From an uncultured Muribaculaceae bacterium (GTDB lineage: Bacteria > Bacteroidota > Bacteroidia > Bacteroidales > Muribaculaceae), in assembly GCA_910588065.1 (NCBI GenBank), contig CAJUPZ010000013.1:8142-72141 (forward strand): a DNA stretch of 64,000 bases, written 5' to 3'. The notes below the pieces were generated by a model, which saw nothing but the letters and a program-made list of their open reading frames with translations, searched no databases and was not told the origin of the DNA. Positions within the stretch are counted from its first letter, which is position 1; every line of letters starts with the position of its first letter. The translations under genes and the position numbers were made by a program. Of this stretch, positions 48,639 through 58,701 are shown piece by piece.

Positions 48639-48710
48639 GGTACCTCCGGCACCATATGGATAATGCGTTGATAATCCGCACACTACGTGTGCGGTTAACA
48701 AGATAATCGC
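48639..48710 (+). repeat. mosaic repeat module A, copy 3 (72 bp)
   Basis: GGTACCTCCGGCACCAT...TGATAATCCGCACACtacGTGTGCGG TTAACAAGATAATCGC. Confidence 0.85.
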
Positions 48711-48747
48711 GCATCCTGCGCTTATCGCCGCGTGGCGGGTTCGGTCA

Positions 48748-48775
48748 GACCGGCGGCGAGCCGGTCGCGAGAAAG
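48748..48775 (-). repeat. inverted partial copy of the array's plus-strand terminator module
   Basis: GACCGGCGGCGAGCCGGTCGCGAGAAAG equals the reverse complement of 48965-48993 with 1 substitution and 1 deletion. Confidence 0.6.
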
Positions 48776-48825
48776 TAGCGTGGCGGTGGAGCGCAGCGAC
48801 ACCCCACGATCAGGGTGCCACCATC

Positions 48826-48849
48826 AAAAAAGACCCCTGTGAGGGGGTC
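48826..48849 (-). terminator. terminator-like hairpin in array unit 1 (minus strand)
   Basis: Minus strand GACCCC-CTCACA-GGGGTC-TTTTTT, downstream of tcdA. Confidence 0.45.
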
Positions 48850-48973
48850 GCGAGAATCGCCCATGACATCGCCTCTCACGAGGCTCAGAGGAGAGGGTGG
48901 GTCTCCACACCCCAGGCCTCGCGCGGTGCGCTCAGACGTCTCCGACGCCACGTTAGATGGGGCGCTTTCTCGC

Positions 48974-49000
48974 GACCGCGCTCGCCGCGGGTCTTTTTTT
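48974..49000 (+). terminator. terminator-like hairpin in array unit 1 (plus strand)
   Basis: GACCGCG-ctcgc-CGCGGGTC (one bulge) followed by TTTTTTT. Confidence 0.4.
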
Positions 49001-49055
49001 GTGGGATGCGCTAACGTGGAGCGCAGCGACACCCCACGATCAGGGTGCCACCATC

Positions 49056-49079
49056 AAAAAAGACCCCTGTGAGGGGGTC
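49056..49079 (-). terminator. terminator-like hairpin in array unit 2 (minus strand)
   Basis: Identical to 48826-48849. Confidence 0.45.
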
Positions 49080-49203
49080 GCGAGAATCGCCCATGACATC
49101 GCCTCTCACGAGGCTCAGAGGAGAGGGTGGGTCTCCACACCCCAGGCCTCGCGCGGTGCGCTCAGACGTCTCCGACGCCACGTTAGATGGGGCGCTTTCT
49201 CGC

Positions 49204-49230
49204 GACCGCGCTCGCCGCGGGTCTTTTTTT
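49204..49230 (+). terminator. terminator-like hairpin in array unit 2 (plus strand)
   Basis: Identical to 48974-49000. Confidence 0.4.
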
Positions 49231-49285
49231 GTGGGATGCGCTAACGTGGAGCGCAGCGACACCCCACGATCAGGGTGCCACCATC

Positions 49286-49309
49286 AAAAAAGACCCCTGT
49301 GAGGGGGTC
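49286..49309 (-). terminator. terminator-like hairpin in array unit 3 (minus strand); first one met by tcdA transcripts
   Basis: Identical to 48826-48849, about 170 nt after the tcdA stop. Confidence 0.5.
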
Positions 49310-49472
49310 GCGAGAATCGCCCATGACATCGCCTCTCGCGAGGCTCAGAAGAGAGGGTGTCTGTCTCCATGCCCCAGGCCTCGCGCGGTGCGCTCGTGCT
49401 GGGGTTGCACATGACATCGCGCATCCTGCGCTCAGACGTCTCCGACGCCAAATGCAAGTATGATTGGGGGTG

Positions 49473-49493
49473 GTTTTTAGTTTTTAGTGGGGG
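49473..49493. repeat. (GTTTTTA)2-GTGGGGG; right copy of the direct repeat, forms the tcdA 3' end
   Basis: The minus strand encodes S-P-T-K-N-stop of tcdA (stop at 49477-49479). Confidence 0.8.
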
Positions 49494-50229
49494 AGGTTAA
49501 GTCGTTGATGGCGAGGGAGGCGAGGGTGAGGCCGAAGACAGCTGTGATTTGCATCAGGGAGCCGTTGACATGGACTTTGCCATGGCCGGCAATGTCGCCC
49601 GGCATTGTGTTGACCCCTTTGTTGGCTCCGGGTTCGTCGCTGAACACACACTTGAATTTGCGGGCGGGCGCGTGGCCGCTTTTTTTGAACCGCTGTCGCA
49701 GGGCTCTTGCAAGCGGGCAGCCGTTCACTTTCCAGAATTCGGCGACGCGTATGCGTGTGGGGTCGGTTTTGAGCGCAGCCCCCATTGATGAGTAAAAAAG
49801 AGCGTTTGTGCGGGTGGCCATGTCGATGAGGAGCATCTTGTCGGGAATGGCGTCGATAGCGTCGATAATGCAGTCGTATGCATCAAGGTTGAAAGAACCG
49901 GCGGTTTCGGCATTGAATTCACGCTGCTGCGGCGTTATTTCGGCGTCGGGCAAAATAGTGAGCAGATGATTGCGCAGAGCGTCGACTTTCGGCTGACCGA
50001 CAGTAAGGGTCGTGGCCATGAGCTGGCGGTTGATGTTTGAGGTGCACACGCAGTCGCTGTCAACGATAGTGAGGTGTGTGAGTCCTGTGCGCACAAGGCA
50101 CTCGGCAGCCCAGGAGCCAACGCCCCCCACACCGAAAATGATTACGCTTGCGGAAGCGAGCCGCTCCATAGCAATATCGCCGAGCAGCAGCCGGGCGCGG
50201 TTAAGTATCTCTGTGTCAGAAAAGCTCAT
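49477..50229 (-). CDS. tcdA: tRNA threonylcarbamoyladenosine dehydratase (ThiF/E1-like)
   Basis: SVIIFGVGGVGSWAAECLVRTGL dinucleotide fold. 250 aa, TcdA/CsdL-like. Confidence 0.85.
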   Translation of the reverse strand: MSFSDTEILNRARLLLGDIAMERLASASVIIFGVGGVGSWAAECLVRTGLTHLTIVDSDCVCTSNINRQLMATTLTVGQPKVDALRNHLLTILPDAEITPQQREFNAETAGSFNLDAYDCIIDAIDAIPDKMLLIDMATRTNALFYSSMGAALKTDPTRIRVAEFWKVNGCPLARALRQRFKKSGHAPARKFKCVFSDEPGANKGVNTMPGDIAGHGKVHVNGSLMQITAVFGLTLASLAINDLTSPTKN

Positions 50230-50250
50230 CTGAATCTAAGTTGTGAAATG

Positions 50251-50258
50251 CAAAAGTA
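50251..50258 (-). promoter_or_regulatory. -7 promoter box for tcdA
   Basis: Minus strand TACTTTTG, 21 nt before ATG 50229. Confidence 0.6.
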
Positions 50259-50322
50259 GCAAATTCGCGGAAATAAGCGCGGGCTGAATGGCGGGAAAGT
50301 TGGACAGCAGGCTGATTTGTAG

Positions 50323-50330
50323 TAATTTTG
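50323..50330 (+). promoter_or_regulatory. -7 promoter box for the DUF486 gene
   Basis: TAATTTTG, 20 nt before ATG 50351. Confidence 0.6.
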
Positions 50331-50350
50331 CAGCCTCAAATAGAGTGAAT

Positions 50351-50722
50351 ATGACCGCATTTTATACAATTTTGCTGCTTATAGTGTCGAATATTTTCAT
50401 GACCCTTGCATGGTATGGCCACCTGAAGATGCAGGAGCTGAAGTGGATAGGCAACAGCACACCATTGTTAATAGTGATTCTGATATCGTGGGGCATTGCG
50501 CTGCTCGAATATTGCTGCCAGGTGCCGGCCAACAGGATTGGCTTTCACGGCAACGGCGGGCCGTTTACCCTGATGCAGCTGAAAGTGATACAGGAGGCTG
50601 TGACGCTGACGATTTTCACATTGTTTACCGTTGTGTTTTTTCAGGGCGAGGAGCTTCACTGGAACCATTTTGCGGCGTTTGTGTGCCTGATAGCCGCCGT
50701 GTGGCTTGTATTCCTGAAATAA
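50351..50722 (+). CDS. DMT-superfamily small membrane protein (DUF486)
   Basis: The start is the internal ATG 20 nt after a -7 box. MTAFYTILLLIVSNIFMTLAWYGHLK is typical of DUF486. Confidence 0.75.
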   Translation: MTAFYTILLLIVSNIFMTLAWYGHLKMQELKWIGNSTPLLIVILISWGIALLEYCCQVPANRIGFHGNGGPFTLMQLKVIQEAVTLTIFTLFTVVFFQGEELHWNHFAAFVCLIAAVWLVFLK

Positions 50723-50803
50723 AAACGGTATTTCAGAACATTGCGGCAAGCCGTCACGTTATACTTACGACTATTTATTTATCCCTAACAATAACATGTT
50801 ATT

Positions 50804-51490
50804 ATGAAAAAGTACTTAGCTGAATTTTTCGGCACAATGTTTCTGGTGCTGCTCGCATGCGGCAGCGCCGTGCTTGCGGGTCCCTCAATCGGGGGATTGG
50901 GCATAGGTCTGTGTTTCGGACTTGTGCTTGTGTGTCTGTGCTATGCAATCGGCAATGTGAGCGGCTGCCATGTTAATCCGGCGGTGTCGTTTGCCATGCT
51001 TGTAAGCGGCAAGATGAGCGGCAAGGATTTCTGCGGCTATGTTGTTGCGCAGCTTGCCGGAGCGGCCGTCGGCGGTGCGCTTCTGTACTGGCTGAGCCAG
51101 TGTGGAACCGCCTTTAACTTCGGCGGTGTTACCGGAGCCAACAACCTCGCTACCAATGTTCTTCAGCCCGGAGCTACCGCCGGCATGGCACTTCTTGCCG
51201 AGGTGCTGCTCACCATGTTCTTCGTATTCATAGTGCTGTCGGCTACTGACGCCAAGCATGGCTTCGGCAACTTTGCCGGTCTGGCAATCGGTCTGGGCTT
51301 AGGTCTTGTGAACATTGTCGGCATACCTGTTGACAATTGCTCTGTGAACCCTGCCCGCAGCTTCGGCCCCGCACTTTTCTCACCGGCCGCATGGGGTGAT
51401 TTCTGGATTATGGTGGTAGGCCCGCTTGCCGGAGCAATACTGGCAGTAGTGCTGTATCGCCTGGCAGTGAGCGCGCGCAACGCCGAATAA
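50804..51490 (+). CDS. aqpZ: aquaporin Z (MIP family channel)
   Basis: Two NPA boxes (HVNPAVSF and SVNPARSF). Confidence 0.92.
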   Translation: MKKYLAEFFGTMFLVLLACGSAVLAGPSIGGLGIGLCFGLVLVCLCYAIGNVSGCHVNPAVSFAMLVSGKMSGKDFCGYVVAQLAGAAVGGALLYWLSQCGTAFNFGGVTGANNLATNVLQPGATAGMALLAEVLLTMFFVFIVLSATDAKHGFGNFAGLAIGLGLGLVNIVGIPVDNCSVNPARSFGPALFSPAAWGDFWIMVVGPLAGAILAVVLYRLAVSARNAE

Positions 51491-51515
51491 TCTCATAATC
51501 AAACCGTATACGCAC

Positions 51516-51554
51516 GGGCGGCTCCACTACCGGAGCCGCCCGCTGCTGCTTTTT
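51516..51554 (+). terminator. probable terminator after aqpZ
   Basis: GGGCGGCTCC-actacc-GGAGCCGCCC 10-bp stem, with the T-run 8 nt further downstream. Confidence 0.5.
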
Positions 51555-51587
51555 CCGGCTAATGTCTGCTTGTATCGATATTTTTTG

Positions 51588-51595
51588 TACTTTTG
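51588..51595 (+). promoter_or_regulatory. -7 promoter box for pyrG-yidC
   Basis: TACTTTTG, 41 nt before GTG 51637. Confidence 0.55.
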
Positions 51596-51606
51596 CGGTT
51601 TGATAA

Positions 51607-53277
<1,671 letters not shown>

Positions 53278-53279
53278 TC

Positions 53280-55376
53280 ATGGACAAAAACACCCTTACA
53301 GGCGTGCTGCTCATGGGAGCCGTGATACTCGGCTTCATGTGGCTCAACAAGCCATCCGAGGAGGAGCTCGCACGACAGCGCCAGCAGGCCGAGGAGATGG
53401 CCCGGCAGGCCGAACAAAACACCGCCGCGACAGTTCTGACAATCGACTCAGTGAGCCCCGGCGAGAAAACCCGTATAGCACAGACAATATCGCAGCTCGG
53501 CGTGTTGGACACTGTGTCCGGAGTGTATTCACTGAAAGTTGCCGATGCAGACCTGAGGCTTAGCGCCGACGGCACAATTGCCGGCTTTGTGTCAACCCCC
53601 GGCGGAGAAGTTGCAGTGAGCGATATTCTCAACAGCGACTTCGGCGCGATGAGCCGCGAAAATGCCTCAGCAGCGGTTGCCAATCTGCGCAATGCACTTG
53701 CCGCAGCCGCAAAATACAAAGGCTTCGCACGCCACCTCTCGGGCACAGAACAGACAGTGAAACTCGAAAACAACCTGCTGAAACTCGACATCTCTACCAA
53801 GGGTGGCGCCATCTCGGCAGCGGTGCTCAAGGACTATAACCGCTACGACTCCACCGCAGTAAACCTCATGGCCGGGCTCACCGACAGCTACAGCTTCACC
53901 CTCACAACCGCCAGCCAGCGGTTCAACACCTCGGAGTTCTACTTCACCCCCGTCGAGGCCACCGACTCATCCGTCACCATGCAGCTGAATCTCGGCGACG
54001 GCGCTGTGTGGGGCATACGCTACACCCTGCCCGCCGACAGCTATGTTGTGGGCATGGAGGTGATGCAGTCAAATATGCAGACAGTGATACCCGGCAGCGT
54101 TGCCGACATGGAATTCACATGGCACCAGAAGATGGCCCGCAACGAGGCCGGACGAATGTTTGAGGAGCGCAACTCGGCGCTGTACTACATGTTTGCCAAC
54201 GGCGATGTGGAAAACCTCAGCGAGGGCAGCTCCGAGCAGAAGGATGTTACCGAGAGAGTGAAATGGATCGGTTACAAAAACCAGTTCTTCTCAGCCATAC
54301 TCATCGCTGACCAGTTCTTTACCGGCGCATCGTTTGACAGCGAGGTGCTCGAAAACAATCCCGGCTATCTCAAGGAGCTCGACACCCGCGCCACAGTTGA
54401 ATACTCATCGGCGAACCCCGCGCCCGCATCATTCAAATTCTACTTCGGCCCCAACTCATATCCCCTGCTGAGCGACCTGCAGGATGAACTCGCCCCCGGC
54501 CAGAACCTCCACCTCACCAACCTCATACCCCTCGGCTGGGCTCTGTTCAGATGGATCAACACCCTTATAATAATACCGGTGTTCAGCTTCCTCGGCCAGT
54601 TTATCAGCAACTACGGCATAATCATCCTCATCCTCACCATCTTCATCAAGATAATCCTCTTCCCCTTCACCTACAAGAGCTATATGTCGCAGGCACGCAT
54701 GAGAGTGCTCGCGCCGGAAATCAAGGAGATAAACGAGAAATATCCCGGCAACGAAAACGCCATGAAGCGCCAGCAGGAAACCATGGCACTCTACAGCCGC
54801 GCCGGAGCAAGCCCCTTCTCGGGATGTCTGCCTATGCTGCTGCAGATGCCTATCCTCATTGCGATGTTCAACTTCTTCCCCTCCGCAATCGAGCTTCGCG
54901 GCGAGCATTTCCTCTGGGCCAAGGACCTCTCGGCGCCCGATGCCATAGTGTCGTGGACAACAAACATCCCCTTCATATCGTCCACATTCGGCAACCATAT
55001 CAGTCTGTTCTGTCTGCTGATGACAGTGGTGAACATCATCTACACCCGCATAAACATGCAGAACCAGCCCGGCGGCAACTCCATGCCGGGAATGAAATGG
55101 ATGATGTATCTCATGCCAGTGATGTTCCTTGTGTTCTTCAACAACTACGCGTCAGGCCTGAGCTACTACTACTTCCTGTCGCTGCTCATCACCATTGTGC
55201 AGACCTACATCTTCCGCAAGGTTGTCGATGAGGACAAGGTGCGCGCCGCAATGAGAGAAAACGCCAAAAAGCCGCGCAAGAAAAGCGGATTCATGGCCCG
55301 CCTCGAAGAAGCGCAGCGCCGCCAGCAGGCTCTGCTCAGAGAGCAGGAAAAACAGAGAGCTAAAAAGAGAAGATAA
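53280..55376 (+). CDS. yidC: membrane protein insertase YidC
   Basis: 698 aa with a large periplasmic domain, then a conserved C-terminal 5-TM core (GIIILILTIFIKIILFPFTYKSY, MPILIAMFNFF). Confidence 0.92.
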   Translation: MDKNTLTGVLLMGAVILGFMWLNKPSEEELARQRQQAEEMARQAEQNTAATVLTIDSVSPGEKTRIAQTISQLGVLDTVSGVYSLKVADADLRLSADGTIAGFVSTPGGEVAVSDILNSDFGAMSRENASAAVANLRNALAAAAKYKGFARHLSGTEQTVKLENNLLKLDISTKGGAISAAVLKDYNRYDSTAVNLMAGLTDSYSFTLTTASQRFNTSEFYFTPVEATDSSVTMQLNLGDGAVWGIRYTLPADSYVVGMEVMQSNMQTVIPGSVADMEFTWHQKMARNEAGRMFEERNSALYYMFANGDVENLSEGSSEQKDVTERVKWIGYKNQFFSAILIADQFFTGASFDSEVLENNPGYLKELDTRATVEYSSANPAPASFKFYFGPNSYPLLSDLQDELAPGQNLHLTNLIPLGWALFRWINTLIIIPVFSFLGQFISNYGIIILILTIFIKIILFPFTYKSYMSQARMRVLAPEIKEINEKYPGNENAMKRQQETMALYSRAGASPFSGCLPMLLQMPILIAMFNFFPSAIELRGEHFLWAKDLSAPDAIVSWTTNIPFISSTFGNHISLFCLLMTVVNIIYTRINMQNQPGGNSMPGMKWMMYLMPVMFLVFFNNYASGLSYYYFLSLLITIVQTYIFRKVVDEDKVRAAMRENAKKPRKKSGFMARLEEAQRRQQALLREQEKQRAKKRR

Positions 55377-55396
55377 CATCTAACATACCCAAAATC

Positions 55397-55915
55397 ATGC
55401 TCAGTAACAAAATTCAGGACGCTCTCAACGCCCAGATCAATGCCGAATTCTGGTCGGCATACCTCTATCTGTCTATGTCGCTCCACTTCCAGGCCGAAGG
55501 CCGCGCCGGAGTTGCAAACTGGTTCAACATCCAGTTCAAGGAGGAGCAGGCTCACGCCCAGATATTCATGAACTATGTGAATCAGCGCGGCGGCCGGGTA
55601 GAGCTCAAACCCATCGAAGCTGTGCCCACCACATGGCCCAGCATCCTCGACGCTTTCAAGGCCACCCTCGACCATGAACGCAAAGTGACTTCCCTCATCA
55701 ACTCACTCTTCGCTCTTGCCGAGGAGGAGAAAGACTATGCTACCCGCGACCGCCTGCAGTGGTTTGTCAGCGAGCAGGTTGAGGAGGAGGACAACTGCCG
55801 CACCCTCATTGACAAATTTACCCTCGTGGGCGACAACGGCATGGGTATCTACATGCTTGACAACGAGCTCGCAACACGCACTTACGCCGAGCCCGCGCCC
55901 CTCGCCGGAGAGTAA
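55397..55915 (+). CDS. ftnA: ferritin
   Basis: LNAQINAEFWSAYLYLSMS...EEQAHA...LDHERKVT ferroxidase-site pattern. Confidence 0.9.
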   Translation: MLSNKIQDALNAQINAEFWSAYLYLSMSLHFQAEGRAGVANWFNIQFKEEQAHAQIFMNYVNQRGGRVELKPIEAVPTTWPSILDAFKATLDHERKVTSLINSLFALAEEEKDYATRDRLQWFVSEQVEEEDNCRTLIDKFTLVGDNGMGIYMLDNELATRTYAEPAPLAGE

Positions 55916-55950
55916 GCATACTCTACGAGGTTTCCACACAGCGATAACGC

Positions 55951-55986
55951 GCAGCCGCTCCCCGCACAGGAAGCGGCTGTGTTTTT
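55951..55986 (+). terminator. intrinsic terminator after ferritin
   Basis: CAGCCGCT...AGCGGCTG stem followed by TGTTTTTT. Confidence 0.7.
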
Positions 55987-56023
55987 TGCATACAGAGGAG
56001 GGGAGATGTGTGAATAAAAAGTT

Positions 56024-56031
56024 GTATATTT
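56024..56031 (+). promoter_or_regulatory. -7 promoter box for the MPE/PQQ fusion gene
   Basis: TATATTTG, 31 nt before ATG 56063. Confidence 0.55.
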
Positions 56032-56062
56032 GTACAAAATTTCCATTCACACATTTCACACC

Positions 56063-58519
56063 ATGATAAAAAAAATATTTACCCTGGCTATTGCCGCAGC
56101 TATAACAGGAAGCGCGGCAGCCAATTACACCGGAAAGGTGTTTGACGACCGAAATTCCAACGGCGTTTTTGACTCCGGAGACCGCCCTCTGAAGGGAGTA
56201 GCCGTGTCTGACGGACTCAATGTAACCACCACCGACAAAAACGGCTCATTCACTCTGCCCGGATTTCCGCGCGAACGCTTCATTTTCATCACCACCCCCT
56301 CGGGCTATTTCACCAACAATGCCCACTACCTGCCCATAACGCCTGAGCGCAAGGAATACAACTTCGCTCTGAGCGCATACAACAACGGAGCAGCCAAAGA
56401 CGGCTCACACAGATTCATACAAATCACCGACACAGAGATATTCAACACAGCCGACCAGGACCTGTGGATTGACGACTTGCGCCAGTATGCCAAGAACGAA
56501 AAAGCGGCTTTCCTTATCCACACCGGCGATATATGCTACGAAAAAGGGCTGAAAGGACACATCAACCTCATGAATACAGCCAATATGGGTCTGCCGGTTT
56601 TCTACATTCTGGGCAACCATGACCTTGTGAAAGGAAAATACGGCGAGGAGCTCTTTGAAAGCATCTACGGCCCGGTGTACTTTTCGTTCAACGTCGAGGG
56701 AACACACTACGTAGTCACCCCCATGCTCAGCGGCGACCATGCACCAGGATTCAAACGCGATGACCTTGTGAAATGGCTGCGCAACGACCTCGCCGCAACA
56801 CCGAAGGGCACTCCGGTGTACATTTTCAACCACAACCTCAACTCATATACCGACCAATTTTCATTCAAAGGCAAATCAGACTCCATATCGCTCAACGACT
56901 ACAACCTCAAGGCCTGGATCTACGGACACTGGCACATCAACCATGTGCGCAAGCAGGGCGATGTGCTAACCGTGTGCACATCAACTCCCGACAAGGGTGG
57001 CATCGACCACTCTACAAGCTCTTTCAGAGTGATTGATGTTGACTCAAAAGGCAACCCCTCATCCAACCTGCGCTACACCTATATCCACAACCACATACAG
57101 ATAGCAGCTCCCGCCGGCATCACTGCCGCAGATGCCATTGCTGTCAACGCCTACTCATCACATTCTCCTGTTGAAGCTGTGACAGTGACCTGCACCGACG
57201 GCTCCAAGCCAGTATTCAAAAACAGGAAACTCACAGAGCGCACTGACTGGGGATGGTCGGCTCCGCTTAGCCTTCCGGCAAAGTATATCGGCAAGCCCCT
57301 CACCCTCAAGGCAACAGCGCGTCTGCGCTCAGGCAAAACAGTTTCCACAGAGCAGACATTTACATACAACCCCTCCGCGCCAACCCCGCGGCCAACAGTC
57401 AATATAGACAACCTTCTCGGCAACGCATCCCACTCCGCCGCAATATCTCACGCACCCATCGACAGCGTGCCCACACTCGCATGGACAACAAACATCGGGG
57501 CAAACATCTACATGACATCTCCTCTGATACACAACGGAGTGGTGCTCACAGCATCGGTTGACGAAGACCTCCGCGGCACATCGGCCATCTATGCACTTGA
57601 CCTGAACAACGGCGCCCTGCTGTGGAAATATCCCACCGAAGGCTCAATCAAAAACAGCATCGCCGCCGACGGCAACCATGTCTTTGCTCAGGATGTCAAC
57701 GGCAAGCTCTATGCAGTGCGTATCAGCGACGGCACCACCGCCTGGACGGCACAGATGCCCGCCGCCGGTCTGCCCGCTATAATTGAAGGCATAGCCACCC
57801 GAAACGGCACAGTGTATGCCGGCACCGGCAATGCCCTCAGCGCATTCGAAGCCGCCACCGGCAAACTCCTTTGGCAGGGCGGCGGATGGAATCAGGGCGA
57901 AGGCACCACCACAACCCTCGCCGCCGATGACTCCACCCTCATCTCCGGCTCGCAGTGGAGCGCACTCCGCGCCAACGACGCAGCCACCGGCAAACTGCTC
58001 TGGAGCCTCAGCGAAAACGGCCTCAGCGACCGCGGGGCATCGCCCGCCATACACAATGGCCTGATATACATTGTCTCCCGCCAGAACTTCTTCATCATCG
58101 ATGCCCGCACCGGACGCGTAATAGCCCGCCGCCAGATGCCTGTTAAAACCGATGCCACCTCAACTCCGCTCCTCACCGACAAGAGTATAATATTCGGCAC
58201 ATCGGCAGACGGTCTCATGGCAATCGACTCGCAGACATTCGACACCCTCTGGACCGCCAAGACAGCTCCTGCCCTCATTTACACCGTGCCCTACAGCGAC
58301 CACGCACCGCGCACAATCGAAACAAGCCCGATACTCGCCGGCAACCGCATAATTACAACCGCCTCCGACGGCAACATTTATGCCGTTGACCCCGAAAACG
58401 GAGCCATAACCTGGACTTACTCAACCGGCGCGCCGATTTTCAGCACACCCGCAGCCTCGGGCAACACCCTCGTTGTCACCGACTTCGGCGGAAATATATA
58501 CACCTTCACCTCCCGCTGA
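56063..58519 (+). CDS. secreted SdrD-B-like / calcineurin-like metallophosphoesterase / PQQ-type beta-propeller fusion protein
   Basis: The start is the internal ATG 31 nt after a -7 box. Signal peptide, then GKVFDDRNSNGVFDSGDRPLKGV. MPE motifs ITDTE, GDICYE, GNHD, GHWH. C-terminal repeated G.LLW/..YA.D..NG propeller blades. Confidence 0.75.
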   Translation: MIKKIFTLAIAAAITGSAAANYTGKVFDDRNSNGVFDSGDRPLKGVAVSDGLNVTTTDKNGSFTLPGFPRERFIFITTPSGYFTNNAHYLPITPERKEYNFALSAYNNGAAKDGSHRFIQITDTEIFNTADQDLWIDDLRQYAKNEKAAFLIHTGDICYEKGLKGHINLMNTANMGLPVFYILGNHDLVKGKYGEELFESIYGPVYFSFNVEGTHYVVTPMLSGDHAPGFKRDDLVKWLRNDLAATPKGTPVYIFNHNLNSYTDQFSFKGKSDSISLNDYNLKAWIYGHWHINHVRKQGDVLTVCTSTPDKGGIDHSTSSFRVIDVDSKGNPSSNLRYTYIHNHIQIAAPAGITAADAIAVNAYSSHSPVEAVTVTCTDGSKPVFKNRKLTERTDWGWSAPLSLPAKYIGKPLTLKATARLRSGKTVSTEQTFTYNPSAPTPRPTVNIDNLLGNASHSAAISHAPIDSVPTLAWTTNIGANIYMTSPLIHNGVVLTASVDEDLRGTSAIYALDLNNGALLWKYPTEGSIKNSIAADGNHVFAQDVNGKLYAVRISDGTTAWTAQMPAAGLPAIIEGIATRNGTVYAGTGNALSAFEAATGKLLWQGGGWNQGEGTTTTLAADDSTLISGSQWSALRANDAATGKLLWSLSENGLSDRGASPAIHNGLIYIVSRQNFFIIDARTGRVIARRQMPVKTDATSTPLLTDKSIIFGTSADGLMAIDSQTFDTLWTAKTAPALIYTVPYSDHAPRTIETSPILAGNRIITTASDGNIYAVDPENGAITWTYSTGAPIFSTPAASGNTLVVTDFGGNIYTFTSR

Positions 58520-58543
58520 CCCTTATCCTCATACACTCATAAC

Positions 58544-58577
58544 GGCAGCCGCGTTCCCTCCCGGGGGCGCGGCTGCC
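58544..58577 (+). terminator. GC-rich hairpin after the MPE/PQQ gene (no T-run)
   Basis: GGCAGCCGCG...CGCGGCTGCC 10-bp stem. No U-tract follows, so terminator function is uncertain. Confidence 0.35.
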
Positions 58578-58663
58578 CGCTCTCTCCCCCCTTGTCTCCC
58601 AAAGTCCGGAGGGTTATTTATCCGGCAAACGGTGCGAGTGTTGGTTTTCTCGGATTTTGTCAC

Positions 58664-58671
58664 TATTTTTG
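58664..58671 (+). promoter_or_regulatory. -7 promoter box for ruvB and the downstream envelope genes
   Basis: TATTTTTG, 30 nt before ATG 58702. Confidence 0.55.
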
Positions 58672-58701
58672 TGCTTCACAACACACTCTCAACCCTGTTG
58701 G

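Larger units (their letters stand above)
48786..49450. repeat. tandem array: two identical 230-bp units plus a diverged, truncated third unit
   Basis: 48786-49015 and 49016-49245 are identical by eye. 49246-49450 carries substitutions, a 2-nt indel and a 38-nt insertion. The ORF track shows the same peptides at +230 offsets. Confidence 0.9.

Noticed and set aside
48786-49450. Possible CRISPR array
   Set aside because: The repeat period is 230 bp with no unique spacers between repeats, and there are no cas genes in the window. The structure is a plain tandem duplication.
48745-49463. Series of 62-95-aa ORFs on both strands inside the tandem array (for example MPPSKKTPVRGSRESPMTSPLTRLRGEGG...)
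   Set aside because: The same peptides recur at 230-nt offsets, and 230 is not divisible by 3, so no frame is maintained across units. The peptides are Arg/Pro/Ser-rich with no start context or promoter box. I treat them as non-coding repeat sequence.
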